Assembly: GCF_018350175.1 (NCBI RefSeq)
Contig: NC_058381.1
Location: 57,908,001 to 57,972,000, forward strand
DNA from: Felis catus
Lineage: Eukaryota
DNA length: 64,000 bases
Direction: 5' to 3'
Shown here: piece after piece, positions 57,519 through 64,000 of the stretch
How the letters are laid out: each line of letters starts with the position of its first letter
Position numbering within the stretch: the first letter of the stretch is position 1
Made by a program: the position numbers and the translations under genes
The notes under the pieces: generated by a model
What the model saw: the letters and a program-made list of their open reading frames with translations, nothing else
Told to the model about the DNA's origin: nothing
Database searches by the model: none

Positions 57519-58178
57519 ACATCTCAGTCGTTGAGGAAAGTGTGCTTTTCCCTTCAATGTTGGAGAATATTTATTGCAGTAGTTTAGTTGGGGGAGAAAG
57601 CATTCTAGCCTCTATACTCCTCGAAGTTGCTTATTTTTGGTTATTTGTGCCAGTCGGTACGTGGATACTTCACCTTAATAACTGGTCCTTACAGGTCGGC
57701 TTTGTAGAGAAGCTGGCCCTTTGCACAGCGGGCAGTGATGCAGTTCTTGGCTTTGTCGGGCTGTGCTGTGGAACGGGACCGTGCTGGAGCTTGACCCTCA
57801 GTCCCTCCCGCGTTTGCACGTCTACAAATGTATTTTCTGTCTTTCGTTTTTGTTTTTAATCTTTCTTTAGAGAGCGCAAGTGGGGAGCGGGACAGAGAGA
57901 GAATCTTAGGCAGGCTCCACGCTCAGTGCGGATGGTGGGTTGTCAGGTAGATAGGGTGATTTAGAGGTTAGAGCCCTGCGGTCTGCCTCGGGAATCGAAT
58001 CGTCCACCTGCCCCAGCACTGTGAAGAGGACCGGCCTGACCAAAAGTGACCCGCCAAGTACGGAGCCACTTGCCACTGTCTGCAGGTCGGCACCCCTTTG
58101 GGGTGCTGACCATTCGTTGCAGACTGCCCTTGAAAATAACTCAAAATCGTCTCTGAAGCCTCCTGTAATCTTACCTGC

Positions 58179-58180
<2 letters not shown>

Positions 58181-58227
<47 letters not shown>
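58181..58227. repeat. (TG)n microsatellite
   Basis: About 23 TG units. Confidence 0.95.
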
Positions 58228-58230
<3 letters not shown>

Positions 58231-61200
58231 CTTGCAAAGAGGCAAAGCTTGTCCAAGATGGTACAACTAGTAAGTATTAGGGGTAAGGCTTGAACCCAGG
58301 CATCCTGGCCTCAGAGGTGGGCCCTCCCTGATTCGTGATGCTGCCCGGCCTTTCAGGTGTGGCCGGGGTCAACTGCCTGACTCTGGGGGCTGAGGCCTAT
58401 CTTGAAATCCATTTTTCAGACTTTGTTGAAAAGGCCTTCGTTCTACGGAACTGAAACCTGCCTCCCCAGGGTTTCCGTTGATCCAGTACAACATTTTTAA
58501 AAATTTGAACTAAGATTCATGGGAGCTTGAGAAGATAGTACGAAGGGGCCCCATGTACCCTTCACCCACTTTGTCCTGTTGTAACTACAGTAAAATGTCT
58601 GTACTTGCTTCCAGCGTCTTTACCGTTGGGACGCCTGGGTGGTTCAGTCAAGCTTCCGACTCTTGGTTTCCGGCTCAGTTCGTGATCTCACAGTTCAGGC
58701 CCTGCATCGGGCTCCGCACTCACCCACTCACCGTGGGGATCCCGCTTGGGATTCTCTCTCTCTGCCCCTCCCCCCGCTCTCGCGTGTGTTCTCTCTTTCT
58801 CTCGATAAAAGTTGGAAAGAAAAGAAGGTTCTGTTGTGCAGCTCAGCTTGCTGTGAACCAGTGTTGCCGGCACAAAGGGTCTTCTTGTCTGGGCCCAGCC
58901 AGGGTGAGTCTAGCCCTTAGAGCAGAGCAGCTGAGCCAGAGCTTTCCTCACCCCTGGGCTCAGCCTACAGGATTTGAGCCCGTTTTCAGCTGACCAGCCA
59001 AACCGGGGCCTTGACTTCTCTGTGGTTATTTTCCACCTGATCCCACTGTGGTCACATCTACCCACTCGTTCACTCAGATGCTTGTGCCTCTGCTGTGTGC
59101 GCATGCTACGTCCAGGAACTGAACGGAGGCCAGAGAGGACTCGTCTCCTGCAGGGAACTCGGGAAGACCAAGGCCAACAAACGGCCGTATGGTGTGGAGG
59201 CTGAGAAGACCATGAACTCTGCATTGGGTGGAGATGAAAGAACTGAGCTGTCTGTCCAGGAGCAAGGAGGAGGCTGCCAGACGACCAAAGAAGGGAAAGG
59301 TGTGCCAGGCAGAGGGAACAGAAGCGTACGTTCTGGAGACTGCAGGTGCATCCTGTGATGGGGCATCAGTGGCACCTTCCTGTTTCCCTGTTAGCAAAGC
59401 TCCAGCAGAGGTGACCAGGCTCACGGATGGACAGATGCTGGCAAGTCCCAGCTGGTTGTGAGGAGCCCTTCATAGGTCTGTCGGTCCCCGGGGATGAGAC
59501 TGACTAGGTATGTGGCTGGCTGCTTCCCAGTTAGGGCCAGGTCCCTCCTGTCCCTGGTTTTGGTGGCGATGTCCTGGAGATGGGCGTGGTGCCTTGCCAG
59601 GTGGCCCACCGACAGCTCTAATCATGAGTTAAGAGTTGACGGAAGACGGATGAACGGTGAAAACGGGGGGAGGGGTCACTCTGAAAAGTGGCACTTTTCC
59701 AGAGCCAGGCTAGGGTATAATTTGGGTCCATCCCAAGGACAGAGACTGGGGGAATTCATCAAAGTAGCCCCTCGAGGGCCAGTGCTTACTGCCTGGGGGA
59801 CAATCCAGTCAGCGGCTCCAACTTCACATTGGGTTTAAAAACACTGAACTTTAAAGCAGTGAGGCGTAGACTGCTAGCCTGGCCGTCTGCATGGCGGTGT
59901 GGGGGGAATACTTGTCTATTCTGCACAGAGCTGCATGGCCCTGTGGGAACAGTGGCCTCAAGCAGTGCTGGCCCTGGCCCTGACAGCAGAATCCTGTTTA
60001 AGTTTTATGGGGGTGCAAAGAAGACCCTTCGAAACCAGCTCTGGCTGAACAGCGGGCGTCACTGAGAAGGAACGTGTAGAGCACACAGCCAGAGAGGGGC
60101 TCCTCGGTTCTCCCCGTCTCTAGATTCGTCCTTCAAGCCCACAGGAAGGCTTTGAGCCAACTAAAGCAATCTTGGTCCTTGTCACCTTATAGGTAAACGT
60201 TAGGGTCACTAGTCACCCTTTTGCCCCTCAAGCCCCACCTCCATGCTCCCTGCCCTTCTCACTTCCTGCTTTGTAGATGCCTGTCTCGCCCAGAACACCT
60301 GCTTTGTGTTTGCTGAATTCTTTCACCTGCCAGGCCCAATGCCCCCTGAGAGAGAAGCCCCCTGCCCCCAGGCACTCCCCAGCTTCAGAGCAGGGCGGGG
60401 GGCACCCACAATGCCACAGCTGGGAAGCCCCTAGGCCTGCTCTGTGCCCCAACCCAGCCTTGGAAAGGTGCACAGCCTGCAAGAGCCCCAAATGATTCCA
60501 TGGGCTCTGAATGCTGCTTGAGGTAGTGTCTCGATGACTGCTTCCTGGCTGTATTCCTCAAACCTAGTGGAGGAAAAAGGGCTGGAACATTCAGAAACTA
60601 GAGCCTGGGTGACCCTGGGTCATGAAGCTACTTGGTCCGAGAAGGGCCACCTTCAGTGACGATGTGGACGTCAGCCTCGGACCCTGTCTCTGCAGGCTCT
60701 GCCCGGCCCTGTGGGGCAGCCACCCACCATCCAGGGGCCCAGAGAGAAGCCCCCCCCCATCACCCACAATTGCACCCAAGAGAGCCCCCTCCCTACCATG
60801 CAAGTCATTGCCTGCTCCTGGGTGGGGGCCCTTTGAGACTCCCCTGCTTCCCACCCGCGGCGTCTGACCGTGTCCTAGAAGGCACCTTGTCCATGTTTGC
60901 TGAGTGAGTGAGGGACAGGCAGAGCCGGGCCCTGCCCCCTGTGACATTTGTAATTAGAAGCTAACTGGAAGCAAGCCTTCACCCTCCTGCGGCCCCCTCG
61001 CCAGCCTGCCTAGGCCCTTTGCCCACCCACCCCGCTTCACCGGATCCCTCTGGTTAGTCGGAGACCGATTAAGACCAGGACCGCAGGGCCAGCCAGCGGC
61101 CAAGTGCCCCGGCCAGGGGCGGCTGCCTCCCACCATTCAGGCTGTCAGCTGCCTGCTGAGCCCCCTCCTGGGACGACGCGGGCCCCACCCTTCCTCCTCC

Positions 61201-61305
61201 TCGGCCTGGCCGTTTGGAGGCTGAAAACTCAAAGGTTTAGAGCGATTAAGACATTTGTCCCGGGATCCAGTCCAGCGGCCGGCCCCTCGGTTCGCTGGGA
61301 TTTGA

Positions 61306-63753
<2,448 letters not shown>

Positions 63754-64000
63754 TGATAGGGGCAGGGGCAGGGGTAGAGGCCTTTATAGTAGGGACAGGG
63801 GCAGGGGTTCTGGCTGTGGGCCTAGATCGAGGGACGGAGGAGCCCCGAGGTTGAGCTTCTAGGCATGGGAGGCATGAGACTCCCCGAGGCGACCCCAGGA
63901 CCTGCCCTACTAGACCCGCAAGAAGGGCATGGGCTGACCCCTACCTGTTCTCCTTCCCAGACTGGCCTGGTAGGAGGAGGGAGAGTGGGCAGGGCCAGGC

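Overview
GC-rich mammalian genomic DNA from a felid, most likely the domestic-cat lineage judging by the young CanSINE variant. It is syntenic to human 17q25.3 with gene order C17orf99/IL40 - SYNGR2 - TK1 - AFMID - BIRC5 - TMEM235. Four genes are intact and were reconstructed exon by exon with canonical GT-AG splice sites and consistent phases: SYNGR2 (+, 224 aa), TK1 (-, 237 aa), AFMID (+, 306 aa) and BIRC5/survivin (+, 142 aa). The two flanking genes look broken. C17orf99 (IL-40) has a lost donor, two AG>GG acceptors, an apparently deleted Ig exon, a lost Ig cysteine and a 4-bp frameshift. TMEM235 has a 27-bp deletion, a W>R change at a conserved Trp and a 1-bp frameshift giving a premature stop. 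Other notable items: a polyadenylated ~100-nt double-hairpin retrocopy nested in a SINE, a templated copy of a TK1-intron SINE flank 18.7 kb away, a duplicated KEN box in TK1, a solo ERV LTR, an inverted young SINE pair and a BIRC5 intron-1 minisatellite. Ortholog comparisons use protein sequences recalled from memory and need confirmation by alignment. Repeat family names and boundaries are by eye. Nearly all ORF-track ORFs are spurious.
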